Below, piece by piece: positions 24,915 through 36,005 of a DNA stretch of 37,177 nucleotides. Every line of letters starts with the position of its first letter. Position 1 is the stretch's first letter. Location of the stretch: contig JAAYXZ010000004.1 of NCBI GenBank assembly GCA_012515635.1, forward strand, positions 1 to 37,177. Direction: 5' to 3'. A program made the position numbers and the translations under genes. Under the pieces are notes generated by a model that was not told the DNA's origin, searched no databases, and was given only the letters and a program-made list of their open reading frames with translations. The DNA is from Elusimicrobiota bacterium (GTDB taxonomy: Bacteria > Ratteibacteria > UBA8468 > B48-G9 > JAFGKM01).

Positions 24915-27351
24915 TGTCCGTTGATATCAACGCCATATCAACTATAGCATCACCCTGAGCAAGATTAATCAACTTAACGCCATAGGTGTTTCTTCCTACA
25001 GCCCTGATATCATCAACCTTCATACGTATAATAATCCCTTTTACGGTAATAAGCATCATTTCTTCACCGGGTTTTACAGATTTAATACCCACCACATAGC
25101 CGTTCCTTCCCCCTGTTTTTATATCTATAATCCCCTTGCCGCCTCTGTGCTGCCGCCTATAATGGTGAGCCATAGTCCGTTTACCAAACCCTTTGGAGGT
25201 GGCTGTGAAAAACGACCTCTCTTTTTCGTCCTGCTGACATATCTCGCTTCCGATAACTTCACCGCCTTCCTTTTTACTAAATCTTATCCCTATCACGCCA
25301 ATAGCAGACCTGCCGACGGACTTCACCTCTTGCTCAGAGAACCTTATGCTGAGTCCTTGTTTGGAACTCAAAATCACGTCCTGATGGCCATCTGTTAAAT
25401 GAACACTGATAAGTTTATCTTTCTCTTTCAGACCAATCCCTATAATACCGCCTTTCCTTGGTCTGCTATACGCTGTTAACAGCGTCTTCTTCACCATCCC
25501 TCTTTTGGTAACCATAAGTAGAAAACTATTCTCTGAAAACTCCTTTACAGGTATTACCGCTGATATTTTTTCTCCAGGGTCTATCCTCAAAAGATTTACG
25601 ATGGGTCTCCCTTTAGCATTCCTCCCTGCCTCCGGTATTAAATACCCCCTTAACCAATGAACCATTCCCTTCTCTGTAAAGAAAAGAATTGTATCCACCG
25701 TAGAACAAACAAACAGGTGCTTGACAAAGTCCTCCTCTTTCGTCTTTATCCCAATCATTCCCTTGCCGCCCCTGCGCTGTCTTCTGTATGCATCCAAGGG
25801 AGCCCTCTTGATGTACCCTTCAGAAGAGACGGTAACCACTATATCTTCGGGCCTTACAAGGTCCAGTTCATCAAACGCCTCAATCGGTCCCGCTATCTCT
25901 GTCTTCCTTTTGTCTCCATACTTTTTCTGAATCTCCTTGAGCTCCTGTTTTATCATCTCTCTTACTTTTGCTTCGCTGGCAAGTATCTCGTTCAATTCCT
26001 TAATTGTCTTTTTAAGTTGCTCTTTTTCCTCTATTATCTTTTCTCTTTCCAGCCCTGTAAGCCGTGAAAGCGGCATAGACAAAACTGCCTGCGCCTGTTT
26101 TTCACTCATTTTGAATTTTTTGACAAGGCCGGCTTTTGCCTCTTCCACTGTCTTTGAATTTCTAATCAGAGTGATTACCTTGTCAAGATTATCCAACGCA
26201 ATGATAAGTCCTGAAACAATATGGTCTCTCTCCTCTGCCTTGCGGAGTTCGTAACTTGTGCGCCTAAGGATAATCTCCTTTCTGTGCTCCAAAAAGAACT
26301 CCAACATCTGTTTTATATTAAGAAGTTTCGGTTGTTGATTGACAAGCGCAAGATTGATTATTCCAAAAGATGACTGAAGAGCCGTGTATTTGTATAACTG
26401 ATTTATAATGATATCTACATTCTCGCCTCTGCGAACCTCCAGCACTACTCTCATTCCATCTTTATCCGACTCATCCCTAACCTCAGTAATACCGTTTATC
26501 TTGTTTGCATTTACAAGTTCCGCTATCTGCTCCACAAGCCGTGATTTATTCACTTCATACGGAATCTCTTTTATAATAATCGCCTCTTTTTTCTTGCCGC
26601 TGTCTTCCTCTACATCTATTTTTCCCCTTATCTTTATTATTCCCTTGCCTGTTGTATACGCTGAGATTATCCCCTCTCTACCGCAGATATGCCCGCCTGT
26701 AGGAAAATCAGGACCGGGCAGAAACTCCATAATCTCTTCTATTGTAATATCCGGGTTATCCACAACATTTATTAACGCCTTCACTACTTCATTAAGATTG
26801 TGCGGAGGGATATTGGTCGCCATACCAACAGCAATACCTGACGAACCATTGACAAGCAGGTTAGGTATTCTACTGGGCAGAACCACCGGCTCTACAAGAG
26901 ATTCATCAAAGTTCGGGGTGAAATCCACAGTATCTTTCTCTATATCCGCAAGCATCTCCATTGCCAGATGGGTCAAGCGCGCCTCAGTATATCGCATAGC
27001 AGCAGGAGGATCCCCGTCTATTGAGCCAAAGTTCCCCTGCCCTTTAACCATCGGATATCTTAGTGAAAAATCCTGCGTCATTCTTGCAATGGATTCATAT
27101 ATAGGAGCATCGCCGTGAGGGTGGAATTTTCCCATAACCTCACCAACTATTCTTGCGGACTTTTTAAATGGTTTACTCGGTTCAACGCCAAGTTCCAACA
27201 TACCATATAATATCCTTCTGTGAACAGGTTTAAGACCGTCTCTCACATCAGGCAAAGCCCTCCCGATGATTACGCTCATAGCGTAATCAATATATGAGGT
27301 CTTCATCTCTTCTTCAACGCCAATCGGTACAATTTTCTCTTCTTCGCCCAT
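24901..27351 (-). CDS. gyrA: DNA gyrase subunit A
   Basis: 816-aa ORF with [30 protein letters not shown] (QRDR region) and [10 protein letters not shown] (active-site Tyr). C-terminal beta-pinwheel repeats include the GyrA-box-like QRRGGKG. Confidence 0.96.
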   Translation of the reverse strand: MGEEEKIVPIGVEEEMKTSYIDYAMSVIIGRALPDVRDGLKPVHRRILYGMLELGVEPSKPFKKSARIVGEVMGKFHPHGDAPIYESIARMTQDFSLRYPMVKGQGNFGSIDGDPPAAMRYTEARLTHLAMEMLADIEKDTVDFTPNFDESLVEPVVLPSRIPNLLVNGSSGIAVGMATNIPPHNLNEVVKALINVVDNPDITIEEIMEFLPGPDFPTGGHICGREGIISAYTTGKGIIKIRGKIDVEEDSGKKKEAIIIKEIPYEVNKSRLVEQIAELVNANKINGITEVRDESDKDGMRVVLEVRRGENVDIIINQLYKYTALQSSFGIINLALVNQQPKLLNIKQMLEFFLEHRKEIILRRTSYELRKAEERDHIVSGLIIALDNLDKVITLIRNSKTVEEAKAGLVKKFKMSEKQAQAVLSMPLSRLTGLEREKIIEEKEQLKKTIKELNEILASEAKVREMIKQELKEIQKKYGDKRKTEIAGPIEAFDELDLVRPEDIVVTVSSEGYIKRAPLDAYRRQRRGGKGMIGIKTKEEDFVKHLFVCSTVDTILFFTEKGMVHWLRGYLIPEAGRNAKGRPIVNLLRIDPGEKISAVIPVKEFSENSFLLMVTKRGMVKKTLLTAYSRPRKGGIIGIGLKEKDKLISVHLTDGHQDVILSSKQGLSIRFSEQEVKSVGRSAIGVIGIRFSKKEGGEVIGSEICQQDEKERSFFTATSKGFGKRTMAHHYRRQHRGGKGIIDIKTGGRNGYVVGIKSVKPGEEMMLITVKGIIIRMKVDDIRAVGRNTYGVKLINLAQGDAIVDMALISTDNEEL

Positions 27352-27391
27352 CTATTTCTCCTAAATGTTCCTTTTCTTTAAGTTTTTTTAC

Positions 27392-29767
27392 TTATACATC
27401 CAGATTCTTAACCTCTTTGGCATACCTCTCTATAAACTCCCTTCTCGGCTCCACGGCATCTCCCATTAGCACGGTAAACACATCCTCTGCCTTCACAGCA
27501 TCCTCTATGGTAACAAGTTTCATCCTTCTTATCTTTGGGTCCATGGTGGTCTCCCACAACTGATGGGGATTCATCTCTCCAAGCCCTTTATATCTCTGAA
27601 CAGAGAGCCCTTTTTTCCCTTTGTTTTGAATAACTTCGTGGAGTGCCGTTAAATTAAAAACCTCTTTCTTATCGGTATCATTTTCTTCTATCGTAAAGAC
27701 ATTTTCCAACGGCTCTTCTATCTTAACGGCATTCTCTTCCATCCATTTAAAGATTTTCTCAATATCTCTTGCCTCGTAAATCTCCACCATCTTGTAATCT
27801 TGCTCCTCGCCTGAAAAAAGGTCTATATGGTTTTTATTGTTTTTTGCCATAAAATCGGAGAGTTCTTTATCTGTCGCAAAAAACTTGTTTTCATCTTTAT
27901 GCTTTACGAGATATATCGGGATTTTTTTCTTGGACTTCCAGTAATTGAATATATCTGCCGAATTGATTCCCTTGTTCTCCAAACTCTGCAAAATATCCAC
28001 CATCCTCTTGCTAAAAGTCTCTATTTTATGCATATTATCAGTTATGTCTATCTGCTTGTTACCTGCTTTTCCCGCAAAGATTTTTATGTTTTCCTTTGCC
28101 ATTTGAACTAAAATCTTGTCCATCTCGGCTTCCGTCTCCACATAAAACTCTTTCCTGCCCTTTTTTACTTTATATAGCGGCGGTTGCGCAATATAAACAT
28201 AACCCTGCTTTATTAAATCCGCCATCTGTCTGTAAAAAAATGTCAGAAGAAGGGTTCGGATATGGGCCCCATCAATATCTGCATCCGTCATTATAATAAC
28301 TCTCCTATATCTTGACTTTGAAGCGTCAAAATCCTCGCCTACTCCCCCTCCTATAGCGCTTATCATCATCCGTATTTCCTCGTTATTTAAGACCTTCTCT
28401 AAAGATGCTTTTTCCGCATTGATAATTTTACCTTTCAATGGAAGTATTGCCTGAAAAAACCGGTCTCTTCCCTGTTTGGCGCTTCCACCCGCAGAGTCCC
28501 CCTCAACAATAAACAGTTCTCTCTTTTCCGGGTCTTTGATAGTGCAATCAGCCAACTTACCCGGTAAAGCCCCTGTCTCCGTTAATTTTTTACGTGTCAG
28601 TTCTCTTGCTTTTCTTGCGGCATCTCTTGCCTTTGCCGTCATAATACATTTATTGATTACTTCACGGGCAACCTCAGGGTTCTCTTCAAGATAGGTGAGT
28701 ACCTGTTCTGTAGTTATGCCTTCCACAAAAAAACGTATCTTTGAGTTCCCTAACTTTGTCTTTGTCTGCCCTTCAAACTGGGGTTCTGCCACTTTTACGC
28801 TTATAACGGCAGTCAATCCTTCCCTTACATCCTCCCCTGCAAGCGGCGAATCTTCCAAAAAACCGTTGTTTTTTCCGTATTCGTTTATTGCTCTGGTAAG
28901 CCCGCCTCTGAATCCGGCAAGATGAGTGCCCCCCTCTTTTGTATTGACATTATTGGCAAACGACAACACTGTCTCGCTATAACCGTCATTATACTGAAAA
29001 GATATCTCTACCTCTCCTTCTTCCGTGTTTTTCTTAAAATACAACGGAGGGGAAGAAAGAACTTTTTTGTTTCTGTTTAAGTGCTCCACAAAAGATATCA
29101 GTCCGCCCTCAAAATGGTACTCCTCTTTTGTTTTTTTTCTTTCATCTGAAAAGACGATTTTTATCCCTGCATTGAGAAACGCCAATTCCCGTATTCTGCC
29201 CGAAAGAATGCTATCGTCAAACTCTGTGATTTCAAATATCTCTTCGTCAGGCTTGAATGTTACCTTTGTCCCTGTGCTTTTTGTCTTACCTACCTCCGTG
29301 GGCGCTGTAACAGGTTTGCCTCTTTCGTATCTCTGCCTATACACCTTACCATCCCGCTTAACTTCCACCTCAAGCCATTCTGAAAGCGCATTAACAACAG
29401 AGACACCAACTCCATGCAGTCCACCTGAAACTCTGTATGCTTTTTTGTCAAACTTGCCTCCTGCGTGGAGCACTGTCATAATAACCTCCAACGCAGGCCG
29501 CTTCTCTATCTTATGCATATCCACAGGGATACCCCGCCCATTATCCGCAACACTGACACTGTTATCCGTGTGAATTGTAACTGTTATTTCATCGCAACAT
29601 CCCGCCATCGCTTCATCAATTCCGTTATCTATTACCTCATAGACAAGGTGATGGAGGCCTGATATGGATGTATCTCCGATATACATAGCGGGTCTTTTTC
29701 TGACCGCTTCTATACCGCCCAATACCTGAATAGTCGTTGCATCATACGTCTGCTGTTTTCTTTCCAT
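27392..29767 (-). CDS. gyrB: DNA gyrase subunit B
   Basis: [50 protein letters not shown], the TOPRIM motifs [14 protein letters not shown] and [12 protein letters not shown], and C-terminal [11 protein letters not shown]. The start is set at ATG 29767 behind GGAGGG. The 38 upstream codons of the track ORF are promoter sequence. Confidence 0.96.
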   Translation of the reverse strand: MERKQQTYDATTIQVLGGIEAVRKRPAMYIGDTSISGLHHLVYEVIDNGIDEAMAGCCDEITVTIHTDNSVSVADNGRGIPVDMHKIEKRPALEVIMTVLHAGGKFDKKAYRVSGGLHGVGVSVVNALSEWLEVEVKRDGKVYRQRYERGKPVTAPTEVGKTKSTGTKVTFKPDEEIFEITEFDDSILSGRIRELAFLNAGIKIVFSDERKKTKEEYHFEGGLISFVEHLNRNKKVLSSPPLYFKKNTEEGEVEISFQYNDGYSETVLSFANNVNTKEGGTHLAGFRGGLTRAINEYGKNNGFLEDSPLAGEDVREGLTAVISVKVAEPQFEGQTKTKLGNSKIRFFVEGITTEQVLTYLEENPEVAREVINKCIMTAKARDAARKARELTRKKLTETGALPGKLADCTIKDPEKRELFIVEGDSAGGSAKQGRDRFFQAILPLKGKIINAEKASLEKVLNNEEIRMMISAIGGGVGEDFDASKSRYRRVIIMTDADIDGAHIRTLLLTFFYRQMADLIKQGYVYIAQPPLYKVKKGRKEFYVETEAEMDKILVQMAKENIKIFAGKAGNKQIDITDNMHKIETFSKRMVDILQSLENKGINSADIFNYWKSKKKIPIYLVKHKDENKFFATDKELSDFMAKNNKNHIDLFSGEEQDYKMVEIYEARDIEKIFKWMEENAVKIEEPLENVFTIEENDTDKKEVFNLTALHEVIQNKGKKGLSVQRYKGLGEMNPHQLWETTMDPKIRRMKLVTIEDAVKAEDVFTVLMGDAVEPRREFIERYAKEVKNLDV

Positions 29768-29804
29768 TTTGCTCTCTTTCCCTCCTGTATTAAATAAACA
29801 ATAT

Positions 29805-29833
29805 ATGATATAACTTTTATCCTGTTTTGTCAA
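29805..29833 (-). promoter_or_regulatory. putative promoter of the gyrB operon (TTGACA-17-TATCAT)
   Basis: Minus strand reads TTGACA aaacaggataaaagtta TATCAT, about 35 nt upstream of the gyrB ATG. Confidence 0.45.
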
Positions 29834-30026
29834 TAAATTTTTATCTGTTTTTGCTTGATAAAACTGCAGAAATTGAGGCATACCGATAATGCCTTGTGCA
29901 TGAAAAAAATAAAGAAATTTATGTGGACAAAATAGAAAGTTATTTCCCTTCTCTATCAGAAGAAAATAAGGATAAATTCATAGGGAAAAGGGTATGAACT
30001 CGTTATATGTCATTTTATGCGCGTTA

Positions 30027-31952
30027 TTATATCCAGAACACGGGGTTGCCCACTTTCCCTGTGAACAGGTCCACAATAAACCATACCCCTGCACAGGTAT
30101 ACATCCCCAAGGGAAGCCCAAGGAAGAAATACTTCACCTTATCATATACCTGCACCCCTGCATAACGCATAATCAACGATTTTATCATCCACGTAATGAA
30201 TATTGAAAACCACAACGCGTCAATCCATACCACAGGCGCTATAACAAGACCGATTGGATGGAACGGCCACCATAAGAAGTGTTGGCGCATAAATACAAAC
30301 AGCCACATAGTAGAAGCGCCGATAATTCTGGATATCCATCCTATCTTATTGGGCGCTGTCTGCGACCGTATCATTTCAGCGACATATTGATATGGAGATA
30401 CAACATTGCCACGGAAATACCAGGCATCCATATTGATACCGCCGTGTTTATACCCAAGATATAATTGTAAGACAAGGGTTACTATAATATTAACGATTAT
30501 CGCGCACATTATCGCCCAGAATAAGCCATAACTGTTCTTTTTTCTGTCACTGCTCATCTTAAGCCCCATAGAGACAGAGGAGAGCGGAAAAGTTCTTAAA
30601 TCAGCGGCATAGACATACGTCATGCCCAATGCAACAATAGCCATAGGCGTGAGATGGGCAGAACCAAAAGCAGAGACAATCTGCGCCGAGGCGATGGAAG
30701 TAGCAACAAGAGTAGGGATACCCCCTTCGCATACAACACGGGTCAGTATAAACCATATAATAAACGCGCCTATTAAAAACAGAACAGCAACATACCATTC
30801 CATACCTGAGACAATAAGCCACCCTGTTAGGAACAATGACCCGAACACAAGCCCCCAGAATGCCGTCTTATAACTCATAACCTCATCAGAATCATCTACC
30901 TGTTTTTTGCCCGTTGCTCCCTGCCATACATCCTTTAAATGCGCCCTTGACAGCCATAAGCTGTAAGCCACCATCACCACCATCGCACCCATGCCGAAGT
31001 GATTGATAATCGGCTCTCCTGCGGATCCGTATATGCCGACATTCTCCGGACTCGCTATACCCATAATACCAAAACTTCCCCGTATTATTCTAAATATAAT
31101 ATTAAAAAACCATACAGAGAAAAGAACATTCAGGTTAACAAAAAAAGTGAACCCTATGACCGGAAAACTTATTCTAAAAGGAAGCCCTATCGTTCTCCTG
31201 AATATCAATATCTCCCGAACAAGTTCAACCTTCGGAAACAGGGGGAAATAGGAGTTGAGCGCAGTGGTGCTCCCTATTATAAAAGGTATTGCAAACCCTA
31301 TCCACATAAGCGGATTTTTGAAAAAGGGAGGAACCTTCCCCTTGTTATTGGATTCTTTCACCATCTCCTGCGGCAATATCGTTAACGGATAGACAAGACG
31401 CTCCTTTTCTACCCACTGTTTTCTAAGTATAGACGCAACACAGAACATAACAAAATAGAGGATAAGGATAAACGGTATCCATACAGCAAGCGGTCTTAAC
31501 CAGGCGACCCAAGGAACCTTCATACCTGAAGGAAGCCCTTCAAAAAAATATCTTGCGGCATTTGCGTCTGTAACTATGAGGAACTTTTTCAAATGCGGAA
31601 AGATAAGGGTGTTCCATTGATTTTCAGGTGAGGCATAATACATAGGACCTGATATAATAGGAAGAATCTGGCTTCCAAACCCCATCTCTGTTACAGACGA
31701 GGCAACAAGCATCATTATATATATCAACAACATCTCTCCCGAAGCAAAAGCAAGTTTAGGGTTTACAACCTTTAACAATGTGTTGACAATAAAGACAAGC
31801 AAAAAGAACAAGAATATACCACCTGCCGGCATATGGTCTATAGCCATATAAGAACTATGAGTAATATTGGTGGAATACTGCGCTAAGAAAGCGATGACGA
31901 CTGAAAGCAAAATCCCTGTAATAAATGCACGTCTGGTAAGGAATTTATCCAC
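30027..31952 (-). CDS. 641-aa polytopic membrane protein, distant paralog of the 6867..8867 product (OPT-superfamily-like)
   Basis: Hydrophobic segments run through the whole length. RLVYPLTILPQEMV aligns with KLPFPLASVAAEGA of the other copy. The C-terminal FITWMIKSLIMRYAGVQVYDKVKYFFLGLPLGMYTCAGV aligns with FIGALLGRFYFAKKVGPNWNRYTPIILAGYSCGMGLIGM. GTG start 5 nt after AAAGGAGGA and 1 nt after the gatA stop. Confidence 0.5.
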   Translation of the reverse strand: MDKFLTRRAFITGILLSVVIAFLAQYSTNITHSSYMAIDHMPAGGIFLFFLLVFIVNTLLKVVNPKLAFASGEMLLIYIMMLVASSVTEMGFGSQILPIISGPMYYASPENQWNTLIFPHLKKFLIVTDANAARYFFEGLPSGMKVPWVAWLRPLAVWIPFILILYFVMFCVASILRKQWVEKERLVYPLTILPQEMVKESNNKGKVPPFFKNPLMWIGFAIPFIIGSTTALNSYFPLFPKVELVREILIFRRTIGLPFRISFPVIGFTFFVNLNVLFSVWFFNIIFRIIRGSFGIMGIASPENVGIYGSAGEPIINHFGMGAMVVMVAYSLWLSRAHLKDVWQGATGKKQVDDSDEVMSYKTAFWGLVFGSLFLTGWLIVSGMEWYVAVLFLIGAFIIWFILTRVVCEGGIPTLVATSIASAQIVSAFGSAHLTPMAIVALGMTYVYAADLRTFPLSSVSMGLKMSSDRKKNSYGLFWAIMCAIIVNIIVTLVLQLYLGYKHGGINMDAWYFRGNVVSPYQYVAEMIRSQTAPNKIGWISRIIGASTMWLFVFMRQHFLWWPFHPIGLVIAPVVWIDALWFSIFITWMIKSLIMRYAGVQVYDKVKYFFLGLPLGMYTCAGVWFIVDLFTGKVGNPVFWI

Positions 31953-31953
31953 A

Positions 31954-33387
31954 TTATCCTCCTTTTAAACACCTTTCAATAAAAGAAGCCATCCCTATAA
32001 TCCTGTCTTCCCTGAAATGCGGGGCGATTATCTGTAATCCAACAGGAAGTTTATCTATAAAACCCGCAGGTATGCTAACAGCAGGCAATCCCGCTAAATT
32101 TACATTTGCGGTAAATATATCTGAGAGATACATCTTTAAAGGTTCGGACTTTTCTCCAAATCTAAAAGGCAGTTCCGTAGTGGTAGGAGTAATAATGACA
32201 TCCACCTCTTTAAACGCTTCCGTGAAATCTTTTTTTATAAGTGTTCTTATCTTCTTTGCCTTAAGATAAAACGGTTCATAGTAATCCACAGAAAGCATAC
32301 AGGCGCCAAGCATAATCCTTCTTTTTACCTCTGGGCCAAGCCCCGCTCCTCTGGTATTGGCATACATCTGATAAAGTTCTGTATAATCCTCGCTTCTAAA
32401 CCCATATTTTACTCCGTCAAATCTGGCAAGGTTGGAGAGAGATTCAGCAGAGACGAGGATATTATATACCGCCATTCCGTATTCAGCATGCGGAAGAGGA
32501 ATTGTTTTTACAGTCATTCCCGCATCCCTCAATTTTTCTATGGACTCTGCAACCCTTTCTTTAATTCTGCTGTCTATATCCGATACCAAATCTTTGTCAG
32601 GTATGCCTATCTTTAAATTTTTTGCATCTTTATCCAGAAAGGTCGTATAATCGGGCACATCTATATCAACGGATGTTGAATCCTTCTCGTCCTGCCCAGA
32701 GACAACATTCATCATTATTGCCGCGTCTCTCACATCCTTAGTAAAAAAGCCTATCTGGTCCAGCGAAGAGGCAGTGGCAACTAATCCATACCTTGAAACC
32801 CTTCCATATGTGGGTTTTAAGCCGACCACCCCGCAGAAAGCCGCAGGTTGCCTGACAGACCCGCCTGAATCAGACCCCAGCGCAGAAAAGCACAGGCGGG
32901 CAGATACTGCCGCCGCTGAACCGCCCGAAGAACCGCCCGGAACCCGCTGTAAATCAAATGGGTTTCTGGTTGAGCCAAAGATAGAATTCTCTGTGGAAGA
33001 GCCAAAAGCAAACTCATCCATATTTGTCTTGCCTAAAACAATAGCGCCCTCTTCTTTGATTTTTTCTATAACTGTAGCGTTATATGGCGAATAAAAATTT
33101 TCTAGCATTTTGGAAGCGCAGGTTGTGGGCATACCTTTTACACATATATTATCTTTCACTGCAACGGGGATTCCTGCCAGCGCCCCCGGGTCTTCTCCTT
33201 TTGCAATCTTTTCATCCATCTCTTTTGCTTCTTCAACAGCATGCGGATTTACGGAGATATAACTATGCAGCTCTTTGTCTTTATTATTAATCTCTGTTAT
33301 CAGCTGTTCGGTTATTTCTACAGAGGAGACCTCTTTTCTTTTAATTAATTCTGTCGCTTCCCATATCGTCAGGTTCAAAATATTCAT
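31954..33387 (-). CDS. gatA: Asp-tRNA(Asn)/Glu-tRNA(Gln) amidotransferase subunit A
   Basis: 477-aa ORF. LAGIPVAVKDNICVKGMPTTCASKMLENFYSPYNATV and GGSSGGSAAAV (amidase signature) are characteristic of GatA. Confidence 0.92.
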   Translation of the reverse strand: MNILNLTIWEATELIKRKEVSSVEITEQLITEINNKDKELHSYISVNPHAVEEAKEMDEKIAKGEDPGALAGIPVAVKDNICVKGMPTTCASKMLENFYSPYNATVIEKIKEEGAIVLGKTNMDEFAFGSSTENSIFGSTRNPFDLQRVPGGSSGGSAAAVSARLCFSALGSDSGGSVRQPAAFCGVVGLKPTYGRVSRYGLVATASSLDQIGFFTKDVRDAAIMMNVVSGQDEKDSTSVDIDVPDYTTFLDKDAKNLKIGIPDKDLVSDIDSRIKERVAESIEKLRDAGMTVKTIPLPHAEYGMAVYNILVSAESLSNLARFDGVKYGFRSEDYTELYQMYANTRGAGLGPEVKRRIMLGACMLSVDYYEPFYLKAKKIRTLIKKDFTEAFKEVDVIITPTTTELPFRFGEKSEPLKMYLSDIFTANVNLAGLPAVSIPAGFIDKLPVGLQIIAPHFREDRIIGMASFIERCLKGG

Positions 33388-33393
33388 TTTCCT

Positions 33394-34653
33394 TTATTTT
33401 TCCAAATACCTGCGCGGGTCAGTTATCATCCCCTCAATACTGCTTGCGGCAACCGTAGCGGGAGATGCAAGATATATAAAAGCATTCTGGTTCCCCATTC
33501 TTCCTTTAAAATTCCTGTTAGCCGTTGAAATAACGTTATCCCCATCTGAAGGAATACCCTGATGCGTTCCTACGCAAGGACCGCAACCCGGGTTGGTAAC
33601 ACAACCTCCTGCTTCTGTTATTGCCTGTATATATCCCTTCTCCATACATTCAAGATATATAGCCCGCGAACCGGGGGTACAGATAAGACGCACACCTGCT
33701 TTAACTCTTCTACCCTTCAATATAGATGCGGCTATTGCAAAATCTTCCGTTCTTCCGTTGGTGCAAGTCCCTATGAATGCCTGCTGTATCTCTGTTCCTG
33801 TTACCTGTTCAATATCCACAACATTATCAACCGTATGCGGCTTTGCCACCTGAGGCGAGAGGTTTGATATATCTATCTCCACCTCTCTTTCATATACTGC
33901 TCCTTTATCGGGAAATACCGCATTATATTCCTTTACGTTATGACTTTTAAGCCACTCTTCCGTTATATTATCAACCTCCATTATCCCGCATTTTGCGCCA
34001 ACCTCAGTGGTAAGATTACAGAGAGTGAACCTCTCACTCATGCTTATATCTTCCACACCAGGCCCTGTAAACTCTACGCTCTTGTATGTAGCGCCTTCTG
34101 CAGTGAGAACCTTTACAAAATTTAAGGCGATATCCTTCCCGTAAACTCCGTTTTTTCGTTTTCCTTTAAGGATAATCCTGATACTCTGCGGAACTTTAAA
34201 CCACTGGCTTCCGGTAAGAAGCGCAATGGCAAGGTCCGTGGAGCCCACACCGCAAGACATTACATTGAGCGCTCCGTATGTGGGCGTGTGGCTATCTGCG
34301 CCAAGAACAAGGTCCCCGCTTTTTACCAACCCTTTTTCCGGCAACAGAACATGGCAAACGCCTTCCCCTACATCAAAGAGTTGTATCTTATATTTTCTGG
34401 CAAAATCCCTCATCATCTTATGAAGCGCAGATACCCCTTGGCTCTGGCTGGGACTGTTATGGTCTATTACCAATGCCGCTTTTTCAGGATTAAACACTCT
34501 GTCAGCGTTAAACTGCTCAAATGCCTGTATCACAAGAGGCGCAGTGCCATCTTGCGCCATAAGAAAATCCACCTTTGCCAGAGTGATGTCTCCTGCAAAA
34601 ACCTGTCTCCCCGAATGAGAAGAAAGAATCTTCTCTGCTATTGTCTGTTTCAT
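33394..34653 (-). CDS. aconitase-family dehydratase large subunit (3-isopropylmalate dehydratase / homoaconitase type, short 'archaeal-type' form)
   Basis: 419-aa ORF. MKQTIAEKILSSHSG, GADSHTPTYGA, GTCTNGR and NPGCGPCVG are Fe-S cluster ligand motifs of the LeuC/HacA family. Confidence 0.85.
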   Translation of the reverse strand: MKQTIAEKILSSHSGRQVFAGDITLAKVDFLMAQDGTAPLVIQAFEQFNADRVFNPEKAALVIDHNSPSQSQGVSALHKMMRDFARKYKIQLFDVGEGVCHVLLPEKGLVKSGDLVLGADSHTPTYGALNVMSCGVGSTDLAIALLTGSQWFKVPQSIRIILKGKRKNGVYGKDIALNFVKVLTAEGATYKSVEFTGPGVEDISMSERFTLCNLTTEVGAKCGIMEVDNITEEWLKSHNVKEYNAVFPDKGAVYEREVEIDISNLSPQVAKPHTVDNVVDIEQVTGTEIQQAFIGTCTNGRTEDFAIAASILKGRRVKAGVRLICTPGSRAIYLECMEKGYIQAITEAGGCVTNPGCGPCVGTHQGIPSDGDNVISTANRNFKGRMGNQNAFIYLASPATVAASSIEGMITDPRRYLEK

Positions 34654-34722
34654 AACCTCTGTTAAGTTGACAACAAAAAACTGAATATGTTAATTTTTTA
34701 TTATCTCTGCTGTTTTAATCTC

Positions 34723-35970
34723 TTAATCAGCATCTTTCAGCGGAGTCAAAGTAAGAATCTCTTTTGCTTCATCAGGATGCTTTGCGATAAATATCAATTC
34801 ATCTTCTGAGATGGGCAGCTGATTTTCAACGTTTGCGTATCTTGCAAGCGTAAGAATCTTTCTTGCCTCCTCGTCATCCTTAAACTTTATCGCTAACTTG
34901 CCATATACATTCCTCAATCCTTTTATTCCGCTGTATTCTCCCATTAATATCATTCTTCCTGTTTCCACAATATCAGGTTCTCCCCTGCCTAACTCCTCAA
35001 AATCATATAACTCATAGTTTCTTCTGTTTTTCAATGCTCCGTCAACATGGATTCCTGACGCATGCGCAAACGCATTTTTTCCGACACCCACCTGATTTAT
35101 TGGAATAGGAACCTCAAATGCATACGATGCATAATGACACATCTTCCATGCCATCTTCAAGTCAATTCTCTCGTCCAGTTGATACTTTCCTGTAAACCCG
35201 TTCGCATATTTTAAAGCAAGAAGGACAGAGACAATGTCCGCATTTCCTGCCCGCTCTCCCATACCATTAACAGTGGTATTGATATAAGCGTCCACTCCCC
35301 CGTCAATAGCGGCTTTTGCCCCTGATATAGAGCAAGCGACAGCCAACCCCAAATCGTTATGACAGTGAAGTTCTATCGGTATCTTAACTTCCTTTGCTAT
35401 TGTGTATATCTTCTCATATATGCTGTTCGGAGAATCAAAGCCCAGTGTATCGCAATATCTAATTCTGTCCGCGCCATTTGCTTTTGCTGCCGCAGCAAAC
35501 TCAACAAGGTGTTTTATCTTGGTTCGAGACGCATCTTCAGCATTTACCCCGATAGATTTTATCCCTTTTTCTCTGGCAAGTTTTAAGGCATCCGCCATAG
35601 AACTCAACACATCCTTAAACTTCATCCTCCCTAAAAACTTTCCTACTATCATCTGTTCAGATGTAGAGATGGAGATATTTGCGTGTTCTATTCCCGGAAC
35701 ATTTTTAAACGCTAACTCCACATCCTGAGGTATAGCCCGCAACCAACCGGAAAGCCGCATTGGAGATAATACTTTCTTCTTTGCAAGTTTTACATTGGCA
35801 TTCAGATAGTTCACCTCATGCTCTGTCGTGGGAAACCCCGCTTCACTTTGAAATACACCCATCTGGTTCAGATAACAGTTTATCATCGTCTTTTGAAGTT
35901 TAGAGAGTCCTAAATGCGCCGTCTGCACGCCATCCCTATTTGTTACGTCTATTATTCGTATCTTGTTCAT
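34723..35970 (-). CDS. HMGL-like acyl-CoA:2-oxoacid condensing enzyme (2-isopropylmalate / citramalate / homocitrate synthase family)
   Basis: IIDVTNRDGVQT, ELHCHNDLGLAVA and TVNGMGERAGNA motifs. No long LeuA regulatory domain. The start is set at ATG 35970, 8 nt after AAGGAG. The track ORF uses an upstream TTG. Confidence 0.8.
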   Translation of the reverse strand: MNKIRIIDVTNRDGVQTAHLGLSKLQKTMINCYLNQMGVFQSEAGFPTTEHEVNYLNANVKLAKKKVLSPMRLSGWLRAIPQDVELAFKNVPGIEHANISISTSEQMIVGKFLGRMKFKDVLSSMADALKLAREKGIKSIGVNAEDASRTKIKHLVEFAAAAKANGADRIRYCDTLGFDSPNSIYEKIYTIAKEVKIPIELHCHNDLGLAVACSISGAKAAIDGGVDAYINTTVNGMGERAGNADIVSVLLALKYANGFTGKYQLDERIDLKMAWKMCHYASYAFEVPIPINQVGVGKNAFAHASGIHVDGALKNRRNYELYDFEELGRGEPDIVETGRMILMGEYSGIKGLRNVYGKLAIKFKDDEEARKILTLARYANVENQLPISEDELIFIAKHPDEAKEILTLTPLKDAD

Positions 35971-36005
35971 ATTCACTTTCTCCTTTATTCTTTTCAAGAT
36001 ACACC

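Noticed and set aside
29882-30026. Possible oriC or DnaA-box cluster in the AT-rich spacer upstream of gyrB.
   Set aside because: Only one good DnaA-box-like 9-mer (TTGTCCACA on the minus strand, about 29923..29931) and two 7/9 matches. There is no dnaA or dnaN nearby, no clear AT-rich 13-mer repeats and no strand-bias switch visible by eye.
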